Below are positions 39,457 through 49,596 of a stretch of DNA of 64,000 nt, one piece after another; the stretch's first letter is position 1, and each line of letters begins with the position of its first letter. The translations under genes were made by a program, and so were the position numbers. The notes beneath the pieces are model-generated. The model did no database searches, was not told the origin of the DNA, and saw only the letters and a program-made list of their open reading frames with translations. Location of the stretch: NCBI GenBank assembly GCA_027050205.1, contig JALUCS010000104.1:19711-83710 (forward strand). The letters run 5' to 3'. Source of the stretch: a candidate division WOR-3 bacterium. Lineage in GTDB: Bacteria > Hydrothermota > Hydrothermia > LBFQ01.

Positions 39457-40527
39457 ATGAAAATTTTGATGATAACCGACAACTACCCCCACAGGGAGAG
39501 ACCCTACATCGTCCCCTTTTTCAGCGACCACGCCAAGGTCCTTGGACACCTCGGAGAGGTCAAGGTAATTACCCTAATAAGGAGCCGCAGGTTCGGATAC
39601 CGTCGGTACGTCTGGGAGGGGGTACCCGTAGAGGCCCTGATGATGCCCTACGTCCCCCGTATGGGTCTCGTCTTTCTCCCCCTCGCCATACTTATGCACA
39701 CCGCCCTGCTCCTCAAGAACCTCCTTACCTTCAAACCGGATGCCATAGTTGTGCATATGGCCCTACCGGCCGGGATCCCTCCGGCGATCTTCCTCCGAAA
39801 GAGGTTCATCTTGGTTGAACATTCGGATAAGTCCATAGGAACTCGCATAAACAGGCTTCTGGCGGGGATGGTGTATAGGGCGGCAAAGAGGTTGCTCGTG
39901 GTCAGCACCTTCCAGGCGGAGGAGATAGCGAGGAAGGTAGGGATAGAGGCGGACGGGATCGTACCCAACCCCGTTTTCGGGTGTGAGGCCGCGACCCCTC
40001 CCCCTATGAGGAGGAGCGCCCTGTTCGTAGGCACCATAACGGACCGAAAGGACCCGATTCTCCTTAGGGAGGCGGCCCGTCTCCTCCCTGACTTTCGCTT
40101 CCGGTTCGTCGGTAGCAGTTCGGATCGTCCGTACCTGAAGCGTTTCCTCGCCGATATGCCCCCTAACTGCGAGTACTTGGGAACCCTTCCGAGTAAGCGG
40201 GATGTACTCAACCTCATGCGGGAGAGCGACCTTCTGGTCAGTACGAGCAATCACGAGAACTTCGGGGTTGCCATCGCCGAGGCATTGACGTGCGGCAGAC
40301 CGGTGGTATGGACTGACTCCGGTGGCCCCCGCGACTTCCTTAACGAGAGCAACTCCGTTAGGGTGAGGGAGAGGACACCGGAAGCCGTCGCCGAAGCCGT
40401 AAGGTTGGCCTACCGACGGTTGGAGGAGGGAAAGTTCAATCCCCAGAGGATCAGGGAGGGGATACTAAGGTACGCCTCGCCGGAGAGGGTCGCTGCGAGG
40501 TACAGGGAGTACCTCCTTCGGGATTAG
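39457..40527 (+). CDS. Glycosyltransferase family 4
   Basis: [14 protein letters not shown]...[20 protein letters not shown]. Confidence 0.9.
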   Translation: MKILMITDNYPHRERPYIVPFFSDHAKVLGHLGEVKVITLIRSRRFGYRRYVWEGVPVEALMMPYVPRMGLVFLPLAILMHTALLLKNLLTFKPDAIVVHMALPAGIPPAIFLRKRFILVEHSDKSIGTRINRLLAGMVYRAAKRLLVVSTFQAEEIARKVGIEADGIVPNPVFGCEAATPPPMRRSALFVGTITDRKDPILLREAARLLPDFRFRFVGSSSDRPYLKRFLADMPPNCEYLGTLPSKRDVLNLMRESDLLVSTSNHENFGVAIAEALTCGRPVVWTDSGGPRDFLNESNSVRVRERTPEAVAEAVRLAYRRLEEGKFNPQRIREGILRYASPERVAARYREYLLRD

Positions 40528-40537
40528 AATGGCCACT

Positions 40538-41095
40538 ATGGTAAAGTCGGACAGGTGGATAGAGAGGATGGCGAGGGAGTACGGTATGATAGAACCCTTT
40601 GAACCCTCGCTGGTTAGGGAGGGGAAGGTATCCTACGGCCTCTCCTCCTACGGCTACGACATACGGGTGGCCGACGAGTTCTACATATTCACCAACGTGC
40701 ATACGGTGGTAGTGGACCCCAAGAACTTTGACGAGAGGTCCTTCGTGTATCACAGGGGAGACCACTGCATAATCCCCCCCAACTCCTTCTGTCTGGCCCG
40801 CTCCGTGGAGTACTTCCGGATCCCCCGGAACGTCCTCGGTATATGCATTGGCAAGAGTACCTACGCCCGCTGCGGCATAATCGTAAACGTGACCCCCCTT
40901 GAGCCGGAGTGGGAGGGGTACCTCACCATAGAGATAAGCAACACCACCCCCCTACCCGCCAAGATCTACGCCAACGAGGGCATAGCCCAGCTCGTATTCC
41001 TTGAGGCTGACGAGATAACCCGCGTCTCCTACGCCGACCGCAGGGGCAAGTACCAAGGGCAGAAGGGTATAAGCCTACCGAGGGTGGAGCGATGA
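40538..41095 (+). CDS. dcd: dCTP deaminase
   Basis: [28 protein letters not shown]; start placed 7 nt after TAGAAT 40525-40530 (ORF track uses 40529). Confidence 0.95.
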   Translation: MVKSDRWIERMAREYGMIEPFEPSLVREGKVSYGLSSYGYDIRVADEFYIFTNVHTVVVDPKNFDERSFVYHRGDHCIIPPNSFCLARSVEYFRIPRNVLGICIGKSTYARCGIIVNVTPLEPEWEGYLTIEISNTTPLPAKIYANEGIAQLVFLEADEITRVSYADRRGKYQGQKGISLPRVER

Positions 41096-41547
41096 AGAGA
41101 TGGGTTGAGCATGAGGGTAAGATCCACGAGATAGACCTCAAGGAGGGCGGAATAAAGGCCCATCCGCTCTGCAACGGTATAAAGATAACCCTCATCAACG
41201 GCAAACCCGTCCTGTTCCGCACCGCATCGGTTGAAGATGGGGTACTGGTTGAGACCCCCGACGCCCACGTTGTGGTCAAGGTCTACAAGGCCCCTCCCTC
41301 CGTAAGCCGGGTGGAACGCTCCCACTCCGTCCAGCACATAAAGTCTCCCATGCCGGCCCTCGTAGTAGCCGTTGAAAGGAAGGTGGGGGACAGGGTGAAG
41401 AAGGGAGACGTGGTGGTGGTCATAGAAGCGATGAAGATGAGGACCCAGTTGAAGGCCCATATAGACGGCGTAGTGACCCACATATACGTGGAACCGGGCG
41501 TGAGTGTGAGCAAAGGGCAGCTTCTGGCCGTCGTTGAGGCTGAATAG
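41092..41547 (+). CDS. Biotin carboxyl carrier protein
   Basis: SPMPA...EAMKM biotinylation motif. Confidence 0.9.
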   Translation: MKRWVEHEGKIHEIDLKEGGIKAHPLCNGIKITLINGKPVLFRTASVEDGVLVETPDAHVVVKVYKAPPSVSRVERSHSVQHIKSPMPALVVAVERKVGDRVKKGDVVVVIEAMKMRTQLKAHIDGVVTHIYVEPGVSVSKGQLLAVVEAE

Positions 41548-41588
41548 GGCGGACGTTCCCGGTTCCTGCCGTATAATCACGGGTTCCG

Positions 41589-42914
41589 ATGAAACGGGTT
41601 TGGATAGAGGATCTCGGAAACTTCGTCGGTGAAGAGGTTGAGATAAGGGGTTGGTTGTTCAACAAGAGGTCCGCCGGAAAGGTCAGGTTCCTGATAGTCA
41701 GGGATGGTACGGGTTTCCTCCAGGTGGTTATGGTGAAGAGCGACCTCCCACCGGAGGTGTTCAACCTGTACGATGAGGTGACCTACGAGGACGCCGTAGT
41801 GGTTAGGGGGGTGGTCAGGAAGGACAAGAGGGCGCCCGGCGGGTACGAGCTTCAGATGACAGACCTGAAGATACACTCCAAGGTCTTGGAGACCTACCCC
41901 ATTCCTAAGGTCAGGCCGGAGAACATACCGGACATCGGGAAGCTCTTCAAGTTCCGTCACCTCTGGATAAGGTCCCGTAAGCAGTGGGCCACCCTACGGA
42001 TAAGGGACGAGGTGGAGAGGGCCATTCAGGACTTCTTCGCATCCCGGAAGTTCGTGAGGTTTGACCCGCCGATATTTACGCCATCGTCCGTGGAGGGGAC
42101 GACTACCCTGTTTCCCGTACCCTACTTTGAGGAGGGGGAAGTGTATCTGACCCAGTCCGGCCAGCTCTACCTTGAGGCCGGGGCTATGGCCCTCGGTAAG
42201 GTCTATTCCTTCGGTCCAACCTTCAGGGCGGAGAAGTCCCGTACCCGCAGGCATCTGACGGAGTTCTGGATGGTGGAGCCGGAGGTCGCCTGGGCCACCT
42301 TGGAGGACATAATGGAACTGGCGGAGGACCTCGTGGTGTATATCGTGGAGAGGGTCCTGGAGAACAGGCGGACGGAGCTGGAGATCCTCAACAGGGACAT
42401 CTCCAAACTTGAGGCCGTGAAAAAACCCTTCCCGAGGATAACTTACGATGAGGCCGTCCGTATTCTGATGGAGGAGAAGGAGAAGGGACGGGACATAGAT
42501 TTCCGGTACGGTGAGGACTTCGGAAGCGACGAGGAGACGGTTATATCCGAGAGGTACGATCGTCCCGTTATGATAACCCACTACCCCCGTACCATCAAGC
42601 CCTTCTATATGAAACCCGACCCCGACGACCCGACCAAGGTCCTCTGCGTGGATGTCATAGCACCGGAGGGCTACGGTGAGATAATCGGGGGGAGCCAGAG
42701 GGAGGACGATTACGAAGCCCTGCTGCGCCGAATAAGGGAGGAGAACCTCCCCGAAGAGGAGTACTCGTGGTACTTGGACCTGCGCAAGTACGGCTCCGTA
42801 CCCCATTCCGGTTTCGGTCTCGGCGTAGAGAGGACCGTGGCGTGGCTAGCCGGGGCTTCCCACGTGCGCGAGGTAATACCTTTCGCCCGGACACCAGACA
42901 GGGTTAGACCGTAA
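41589..42914 (+). CDS. asnS: Asparaginyl-tRNA synthetase
   Basis: LTQSGQLYLE, GPTFRAEKSRTRRHLTEFWMVEPE, EIIGGSQRE, GFGLGVER. Confidence 0.95.
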   Translation: MKRVWIEDLGNFVGEEVEIRGWLFNKRSAGKVRFLIVRDGTGFLQVVMVKSDLPPEVFNLYDEVTYEDAVVVRGVVRKDKRAPGGYELQMTDLKIHSKVLETYPIPKVRPENIPDIGKLFKFRHLWIRSRKQWATLRIRDEVERAIQDFFASRKFVRFDPPIFTPSSVEGTTTLFPVPYFEEGEVYLTQSGQLYLEAGAMALGKVYSFGPTFRAEKSRTRRHLTEFWMVEPEVAWATLEDIMELAEDLVVYIVERVLENRRTELEILNRDISKLEAVKKPFPRITYDEAVRILMEEKEKGRDIDFRYGEDFGSDEETVISERYDRPVMITHYPRTIKPFYMKPDPDDPTKVLCVDVIAPEGYGEIIGGSQREDDYEALLRRIREENLPEEEYSWYLDLRKYGSVPHSGFGLGVERTVAWLAGASHVREVIPFARTPDRVRP

Positions 42915-42916
42915 GT

Positions 42917-43897
42917 ATGCCTGCTACCGTAAAGTTCTTGGAGGAGTTAGAGAGGGCCTTCAAGAAGGGTGATATAGATCAGATCATCCCCCTCGGTGTC
43001 AGGATGCTCCATATGGGATGGTTGAGTAAGATGGACTGGTTCCTTGAGAGGTTTAACAGACTTATGGAGGACCTGTCCCCCGAAGATTTGAAGAAGGTTG
43101 AGGAGAATAGGTTTATTATCCTGTTCAAGGTCGTTATGCACGTCGTGAGGGATATGGAACCCGACAAGGCCATCCCCTACCTCCGGGATCCCGAAGCCCT
43201 AATAGAGAGACGGATATTCCACGAGTACCTCGGAAACCACCCACGGGCGTACTACTACTTGAGGCGCGGGGAGAAGGAAATGAACCTTACGGGGTTCTGG
43301 GCGGACATAAGGAAGATATATATGCGGATATACCGGGGGCAGAAGGTCAGGATAGAGGAGGTGGAGGCCCTTGAGACGAGCGAGGACGAGTTGGAGTTCG
43401 TCGCCCAGGTTATAACGAAGGCCTACACCATCGCTCTCCACCATCTCCTGTTCGGTGACATATCCACCGAAACCTTTGACCGTATAAAGAAGGCCGTCAT
43501 ATACGGCTTGAGTGAGAACTACGATCACACCACATCAAGGCTCCTTCAAGTCTTCATACCCTTGGCCGTTGAGATAGGGAGGGTGGGACTCGCCAGGAGA
43601 TTCTTGAACGCCGTAATCTCCACGTCTCAAACCGAGAGGAACAGGTACATGTACGAGTGGTTCACGATGTACCGGATGGCCTTGGAGGGGGGAGATAGGG
43701 AGGTGCTGAAGCGGAAAGCCGCTTTCTATCAGGACAAGGGATATAAGGGACACGAGGTCTTGGCAAGGAGCATATCGCACCTCCTTGGCGGCGGGGACGA
43801 GGATAACCTTAAACGTATAAGGGAGCTCAAAGAGAGGTACTGGCACCACCATACGGTTAGATTCGCAGAGGCCCTAATCGGGAAGCCGCTTCCATAA
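42917..43897 (+). CDS. Hypothetical alpha-helical (TPR-like) protein
   Basis: 326-aa ORF with host-like codons; weak resemblance to 477..1715. Confidence 0.6.
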   Translation: MPATVKFLEELERAFKKGDIDQIIPLGVRMLHMGWLSKMDWFLERFNRLMEDLSPEDLKKVEENRFIILFKVVMHVVRDMEPDKAIPYLRDPEALIERRIFHEYLGNHPRAYYYLRRGEKEMNLTGFWADIRKIYMRIYRGQKVRIEEVEALETSEDELEFVAQVITKAYTIALHHLLFGDISTETFDRIKKAVIYGLSENYDHTTSRLLQVFIPLAVEIGRVGLARRFLNAVISTSQTERNRYMYEWFTMYRMALEGGDREVLKRKAAFYQDKGYKGHEVLARSISHLLGGGDEDNLKRIRELKERYWHHHTVRFAEALIGKPLP

Positions 43898-43958
43898 AGG
43901 GCGGCAAAGGGGACATCTCCAGCCTTAAAATTTCGGTACATTCAAAGGGAGGTTTGGA

Positions 43959-44510
43959 ATGGCCGTTGCCGGACGGAAGGAAATTCTTACTTATGAAGAC
44001 TATTTGAGCCTTGAGGATGATAAGAGGTACGAACTTATAAACGGGAGGTTGATAGAGGTTCCCACGCCGGGTTTTGAGCATCAGTCCGTTCTGGGACACT
44101 TCTCCGTGAAGATATGGGAGGCGGTTAAAAAGGGAAGTCTGGGGGAGGTTCTCCCGGCTCCCTTTGACGTTATCCTTTCCGAGACTGTGGTTGTCCAGCC
44201 CGATATAGTTTTCATATCCAGCGATAACCTGAAGAACATCAAAAACGGGCGTCTCTTTGGTTCCCCGGACCTGGTGGTTGAGATAGTTTCACCCACGAGC
44301 TACGTAAGGGACCGATACGAGAAGTTCCCCCTCTACGAGAGGTACGGCGTTAAGGAATACGGGTTGGTATATCCGGAATACAGGGCCATAGAGGTCTGGT
44401 GCCTGAAAGACGGCAAGTACGTCCTCCATTCCGTCGCCGTTGGCAGTGGGGAGGTTGAATCCTGCGTTCTTAAGGACTTTAAGGTAAAGGTTGAGGAGGT
44501 ACTGAAATGA
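43959..44510 (+). CDS. Uma2/DUF820 PD-(D/E)XK family protein, array member 1
   Basis: TYEDY, YELING, QPDIVF, PDLVVEIVSP, YGVKEY. Confidence 0.92.
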   Translation: MAVAGRKEILTYEDYLSLEDDKRYELINGRLIEVPTPGFEHQSVLGHFSVKIWEAVKKGSLGEVLPAPFDVILSETVVVQPDIVFISSDNLKNIKNGRLFGSPDLVVEIVSPTSYVRDRYEKFPLYERYGVKEYGLVYPEYRAIEVWCLKDGKYVLHSVAVGSGEVESCVLKDFKVKVEEVLK

Positions 44511-45067
44511 AGGAAGCGGTTCTTGATAGGCCGAAGGAGAAGGTCTTAACCTACGAGGACTACCTTCGTCTTGAGGACGATAAAAGGTACGAGCTTATAA
44601 ATGGGAGGTTGGAAGAGATGCCAGCACCGACCGTTCTGCATCAGAGGGTTTTGAACTCGCTTAATGTATTGATGTACATATTTTCTGAAAAAAACGGTTT
44701 AGGTGAAGTTTTGACGTCCCCTGTGGACGTGGTACTTTCGGATACCGATGTGGTTCAACCGGATATAGTCTTCATTTCAAAGGCCCGCGAAGGAATAGTT
44801 AGAGAGCGCATCTTCGGACCTCCGGACCTTGTAGTTGAGGTAGTCTCTCCTACGAGCTATACGAGGGACAGATACGAGAAGTTCGCCCTTTACGAGAAGT
44901 ACGGCGTCAAGGAGTACTGGGTAGTTTTACCACGGGAGAAGGTGATAGAGGTATGGTGTCTGAAGGACGGCAAGTACGTCCTGCACACCGTCGCCGCTGG
45001 TAGTGGAGAGGTCTCCTCCTGCGTCCTCAAAGGCTTTAAGGTGAAGGTTGAGGAGGTGCTGAAATGA
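44507..45067 (+). CDS. Uma2/DUF820 family protein, array member 2
   Basis: Same motifs; ATGA coupling. Confidence 0.92.
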   Translation: MKEAVLDRPKEKVLTYEDYLRLEDDKRYELINGRLEEMPAPTVLHQRVLNSLNVLMYIFSEKNGLGEVLTSPVDVVLSDTDVVQPDIVFISKAREGIVRERIFGPPDLVVEVVSPTSYTRDRYEKFALYEKYGVKEYWVVLPREKVIEVWCLKDGKYVLHTVAAGSGEVSSCVLKGFKVKVEEVLK

Positions 45068-45627
45068 AGGAAACTGTCCTTGAAAAGCCGAAGGATAGAG
45101 TTTTGACTTACGAGGACTACCTTCACCTTGACGACGATAAGAGATACGAGCTTATAAACGGGAGGTTGGAGGGAATGCCCGCACCGTCCTTTGAACATCA
45201 AGACGTCCTTGGAGAGATCTATACCCTAATAAAACTGCACGTTAAAGGTACTTCCTTGGGGAAAGTTCTCCCCGCTCCCTTTGACGTCATCTTGTCGGAG
45301 GCCGTTGTCGTTCAGCCGGACATAGTATTCATCTCCAAGGATAACCTAAAGAACATCAAAGGGGGCCGTCTCTTTGGTCCTCCTGACTTGGCGATAGAGA
45401 TAGTTTCACCGGGTAGTTATCACCGCGACAGGTACGAGAAGTTCTCCCTCTACGAAAGGTATGGCGTTAAGGAATACTGGTTGGTATATCCGGAATACAG
45501 GGCCATAGAGGTCTGGTGCCTAAAGGAAGGGAGGTACGCCCTCCACTCCGTCGCCGCTGGCAGCGGGGAGGTCGAGTCGTGCGTTCTCAAGGACTTTAAG
45601 GTGAAGGTTGAGGAGGTACTGAAATGA
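45064..45627 (+). CDS. Uma2/DUF820 family protein, array member 3
   Basis: Same motifs; near-identical blocks to member 1. Confidence 0.92.
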   Translation: MKETVLEKPKDRVLTYEDYLHLDDDKRYELINGRLEGMPAPSFEHQDVLGEIYTLIKLHVKGTSLGKVLPAPFDVILSEAVVVQPDIVFISKDNLKNIKGGRLFGPPDLAIEIVSPGSYHRDRYEKFSLYERYGVKEYWLVYPEYRAIEVWCLKEGRYALHSVAAGSGEVESCVLKDFKVKVEEVLK

Positions 45628-46181
45628 AGGAGGCCGTACTTGAAAGACCGAAGGAGAGGATTTGGACCTACGAGGACTATCTAAGCGGTAGGATACCGGC
45701 GGAGGTCTCGGAAGTTGTAAGAGGCAAGGAGGTCAGAAAGATGCCTACGGGTGGTTTGCACGGTATCGTGGTGGGTGCTATTTACAGGTTCCTGCACGAG
45801 CGTTTAGGGGAACGTTTCTATGTCTTCGTAGGAGAGGTAGGGTTGCTGTTATCCCAGGATCCCCTTACCTTAAGGGCCGGGGATATCGTGGTGGTATCCA
45901 AGCACAGGTTAAAAGACGTACCCGAAGGTGCAATACCCATCCCCCCAGACCTCGTTGTGGAGGTAGTATCTCCCCATGACTCGGCTGAATACGTACAGAG
46001 GAAGGTTAGGGACTATAAAGGATGGGGGGTTCGCATACAGATGTGGGTTTACCCAAGGCTGCAGGAGATAGTGTTGATAAGGGGGGAAAACATGGAGGTT
46101 TTTGATGCCGACGATGAAGTGGACCTGCTGGAGAATGTGAGGTTCAATCTCAGGAATATACTGAAGGAGGTAATAAAATGA
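45624..46181 (+). CDS. Uma2/DUF820 family protein, array member 4 (divergent subtype)
   Basis: LRAGDIV, PPDLVVEVVSP, K.RDY..WGV. Confidence 0.88.
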   Translation: MKEAVLERPKERIWTYEDYLSGRIPAEVSEVVRGKEVRKMPTGGLHGIVVGAIYRFLHERLGERFYVFVGEVGLLLSQDPLTLRAGDIVVVSKHRLKDVPEGAIPIPPDLVVEVVSPHDSAEYVQRKVRDYKGWGVRIQMWVYPRLQEIVLIRGENMEVFDADDEVDLLENVRFNLRNILKEVIK

Positions 46182-46750
46182 AGGAAGCCGTTCTTGAAAG
46201 GCCGAAGAAAAAGGTTTGGACCTACGAGGACTATCTAAGCGGTAGGATACCGGCAGAGGTCTCGGAAGTTGTAAGAGGCAAGGAGGTCAGAAAGATGCCT
46301 ACGGGTTTCGCCCATGGACTTTTGGAAGGTAAGATATACTCTCTGCTTTTACCCCTTACAGGGCAGAAGTACCTCGTCGCCGTCGGTGAGGTGGCGTTAT
46401 TACTCTCCCGTTCTCCCCTGACCCTCCGTGGGGCGGACGTGGTGGCCGTAAGGAAGGACAGGCTAAGAGGCGCCCCGAAGGGAGCATTAGAGATGCCGCC
46501 AGATTTGGTGGTTGAGGTAGTTTCACCCTCCGACGGCCTACCCTACATTCTTGAGAAGATGGAGGACTACAGGAGGTGGGGGGTGAAGAGGCAGGTTTGG
46601 GTCTTTCCGGAGGATAGGGAGGTGGTTGTGGTCGCTGAAGGGGGTCTCAAGGTCTTCGGTGAGGAGGGTGAGGTAAAGCTTTTAGAGGGGGTGAAGTTCA
46701 GGCTCAAGGACCTACTGAAGGAGGTTGAAGATGAGGGGGGCAATGGTTAA
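46178..46750 (+). CDS. Uma2/DUF820 family protein, array member 5 (divergent subtype)
   Basis: LRGADVV, PPDLVVEVVSP; 5' block near-identical to member 4. Confidence 0.88.
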   Translation: MKEAVLERPKKKVWTYEDYLSGRIPAEVSEVVRGKEVRKMPTGFAHGLLEGKIYSLLLPLTGQKYLVAVGEVALLLSRSPLTLRGADVVAVRKDRLRGAPKGALEMPPDLVVEVVSPSDGLPYILEKMEDYRRWGVKRQVWVFPEDREVVVVAEGGLKVFGEEGEVKLLEGVKFRLKDLLKEVEDEGGNG

Positions 46751-46765
46751 TAGGTCGAAAGGGTT

Positions 46766-47608
46766 TTACAGTCCGTTTTCTATAACCAGTTCGGTACATC
46801 TCTTGGCCATCCTCCTGACACGGAGGATGTAGTTCTGCCTCTCCTCCGGTGATATGGCCCTGCGAGCGTCTAAGATGTTGAGGACGTGGGACATCTTTAT
46901 CACCATATCGTAGGCGGGGTACAGCAGTCCCTTATCGGCGAGACGGGCGGCCTCCCTCTCGTAGAAATCAAACAACCTCCTATGCTCCTCCACGTCGGCC
47001 TCCTCAAAGTTGTATATGCAGAACTGTCTCTCAAACTCCCGGTATATGTCCCCCCAGGTGATATCCTCACTCCATCGGATGTCAAAGACGCTATCCACCC
47101 CCTGGACGAACATAGCCAACCTCTCAAGGCCGTAGGTGATTTCGGCGCTCACGAGCTGCACGTCTATCCCCCCGACCTGCTGGAAGTAGGTGAACTGGGT
47201 CACCTCAAGGCCGTCAAGCCAGACCTCCCAGCCGAGACCCCACGCTCCGAGGGTCGGACTCTCCCAGTCGTCCTCTACGAACCGAAGGTCATGTCCCTCC
47301 ACGTCTATGCCTATCGCCTTGAGGGAGTCTATGTAGGTATCTACGACGTCGTCGGGGGCGGGTTTAAGGATTACCTGGTACTGGTGATACTGCTGGAGGC
47401 GGTTGGGGTTCTCGGCGTAGCGTCCGTCCTTCGGCCTGCGGGTTATCTCAACGTAGGCGGCCCTCCACGGGTTGGGGTCGCTCGCCCTAAGGAAGGTAGC
47501 GGGGTTGAAGGTGCCGGCCCCCACCTCGGAGTTGTAGGGGTTGAGAATCACCGCCCCTTGTGAGCGCCAGAAGTCGTGTAGCTTCAGGATTATGTCCTGA
47601 AACGTCAT
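46766..47608 (-). CDS. glyQ: Glycyl-tRNA synthetase alpha subunit
   Basis: [45 protein letters not shown]; start moved to 47608 (ATGA overlap). Confidence 0.97.
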   Translation of the reverse strand: MTFQDIILKLHDFWRSQGAVILNPYNSEVGAGTFNPATFLRASDPNPWRAAYVEITRRPKDGRYAENPNRLQQYHQYQVILKPAPDDVVDTYIDSLKAIGIDVEGHDLRFVEDDWESPTLGAWGLGWEVWLDGLEVTQFTYFQQVGGIDVQLVSAEITYGLERLAMFVQGVDSVFDIRWSEDITWGDIYREFERQFCIYNFEEADVEEHRRLFDFYEREAARLADKGLLYPAYDMVIKMSHVLNILDARRAISPEERQNYILRVRRMAKRCTELVIENGL

Positions 47609-47976
47609 TCCTCCTCCTCCTCCGGATAGTACTCCTCCGGCTCGTCGTACGTCCATACCTCCACCAGCTCCTTCGCCCTGTCTATGTACTCCGCCGCCTT
47701 GCGGAAGATATACATCAGGTCGGACCTCGGAAGCTCGCCGTTCTTGGCCTCCTTTATCTTCTGCTCAAGGTCCTGAAGGAGGTCCTTTAGGTTCTGGACG
47801 AGGGTTTCCGGGGTCTCCTTCCGGAAGAATATGTCCTCCTCCTCTTCCTCTTGCTTCCCCTTGAAGGTCTCGGCTATGGTGTAGATTTCGTCTATTATCT
47901 CCTCAATGAGCGTTCGCCAGTCTTCCTCGTACCCTGTGGTATCAATCCACAGATCCAGGATCTCCCTGTCCGTCAT
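47605..47976 (-). CDS. Highly acidic hypothetical helical protein
   Basis: 123 aa with Glu runs; TATAAT 47985-47990; coupled to glyQ. Confidence 0.75.
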   Translation of the reverse strand: MTDREILDLWIDTTGYEEDWRTLIEEIIDEIYTIAETFKGKQEEEEEDIFFRKETPETLVQNLKDLLQDLEQKIKEAKNGELPRSDLMYIFRKAAEYIDRAKELVEVWTYDEPEEYYPEEEEE

Positions 47977-48039
47977 AGGCGGCTATTATACTGGGGCAGG
48001 AGCGAAATGTGGCCCCTAAGACGCCCGTAGAATCGTCCC

Positions 48040-49593
48040 GTGATTTTCGTACTGGGGGTCGTCATAAACGAGGTGATGTACGACCCACGGGGTCCGGAGT
48101 CCTCGGCCGGACTCTACAACGAAGCCGTAGAACTTTACAACGATGGGGACTCTACGGTGTGTCTGACGGGTTGGAGGATAGGGGACACCTACGACCTTGA
48201 CCCCATAGGGGCGTTCCCAGACTCCGCCGTCCTCTCCTCATGTCCGGGGTGTGTCTTGGACGTGTGTGTGCCTCCGGGGGGTTTCGGGGTCATCCTGGAC
48301 AGGGACTACACGAACCCCTCCTCCCCCGACCCTATGCCCTACCCCTTCCCCTCCGGCACCGTCCTTATGAGCGTCTCGGATGCCTCCATAGGCAACGGAC
48401 TGTCCCAGGGAGACTCCCTCTTCCTCGTATCCCCTTCGGGGGATACGGTTGATGCCATAGGAGGGATGCCGAGGACGGGAGACGGTATATCGGCGGAGAG
48501 GAGATCTCCATTCATCAACGTCTTCCTTCCGAGCCGCTCCGCTTCCGGCCACACCCTCGGCTTCGGGAACAGCATCTCCTGCCTCTACGAGGTCTCCATC
48601 GCGAGGGTGGGGGTCCAAAGGGTAGGGGAGGGCTACCGGGCCTCCTTTTCCATAAGGAACGGTGGTATAGAGGCGACCACGTTCCGCCTATCCCTATACC
48701 ATAACTCCTCGCCCGACTCCTCTCTATCCCTCTACCTCCTCCCGGACTCCGTGGATACGGTGGCCTTCACCTTCGGCGGGGAGATAAGGGGAACCAACGA
48801 GGTCTCCCTTCAACTGGATTCGTCGGACTGCTTTCCGGAAGACAATTCGGCCTACGCCCACTTCGTCGTCGGCTCACCGTCTCTGGTCATAAACGAGATA
48901 AACTACAGGGGGGTGGAGTGGTTTGAGATGTATAACGCCGGGGATTGGCCGCTCCACTTCCCCAAGGTGGTAGTGGGGGACGCCACCGGGAGGTCGGACA
49001 CCTTCGCCTTCAACATCGGAGCCGGTGGGTACGTAGTTCTGACCGGAGATTCGGCCTTCGCCGATAGGTTTCCCGGGGTGGCCTTTACCTACGTACCGGA
49101 AATGCCCCGCCTAAACGATTCCTACGACGACCTCCTCGTGAGCGATGGCACAACCTTGGACAGCCTCCGGTACTTCAAGGCGTGGGGTGGGGGCTACGAT
49201 AGGTCCCTTGAGAGGGTCTCCCCATATCTCCCCTCCACCGACTCCACCAACTGGGGGACCTGCAGGGATCCGGCCGGTGGTACCCCCGGAAGGCCGAACA
49301 GCCTAAGTGCGGAGGTGCCGGAGAGCGGGGTAAGGTTGGCGAGGGAGGTCTACTCCCCCGGTGAGGAGGTGGTCCTCGCCTTCTCCTATCCCTTCAAGGT
49401 GGAGAGGTTGGAAGTGGTCCTATACGACGACCTCGGCAGGAAGGTGCTGGAGAGGGAATTTCGCCCCCGTACCTCCGTTGGACAGGTAGCTGTAAGCACG
49501 GAGGGCCTATGGAGGGGACTGTACTTTATCGCCGTAAGGGCCAAGGGGGACGGAAGAGAGGACGAAAGGCGGCTTAGGATGGCCTTGAGGTAG
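48040..49593 (+). CDS. Secreted protein with two lamin-tail domains and T9SS-like CTD
   Basis: VVINEVMY...VELYN and LVINEINY...WFEMYN, GGTPGRPNS; CTD LYDDLGR...GLYF; TAGAAT 48028-48033. Confidence 0.85.
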   Translation: MIFVLGVVINEVMYDPRGPESSAGLYNEAVELYNDGDSTVCLTGWRIGDTYDLDPIGAFPDSAVLSSCPGCVLDVCVPPGGFGVILDRDYTNPSSPDPMPYPFPSGTVLMSVSDASIGNGLSQGDSLFLVSPSGDTVDAIGGMPRTGDGISAERRSPFINVFLPSRSASGHTLGFGNSISCLYEVSIARVGVQRVGEGYRASFSIRNGGIEATTFRLSLYHNSSPDSSLSLYLLPDSVDTVAFTFGGEIRGTNEVSLQLDSSDCFPEDNSAYAHFVVGSPSLVINEINYRGVEWFEMYNAGDWPLHFPKVVVGDATGRSDTFAFNIGAGGYVVLTGDSAFADRFPGVAFTYVPEMPRLNDSYDDLLVSDGTTLDSLRYFKAWGGGYDRSLERVSPYLPSTDSTNWGTCRDPAGGTPGRPNSLSAEVPESGVRLAREVYSPGEEVVLAFSYPFKVERLEVVLYDDLGRKVLEREFRPRTSVGQVAVSTEGLWRGLYFIAVRAKGDGREDERRLRMALR

Positions 49594-49596
49594 CCC

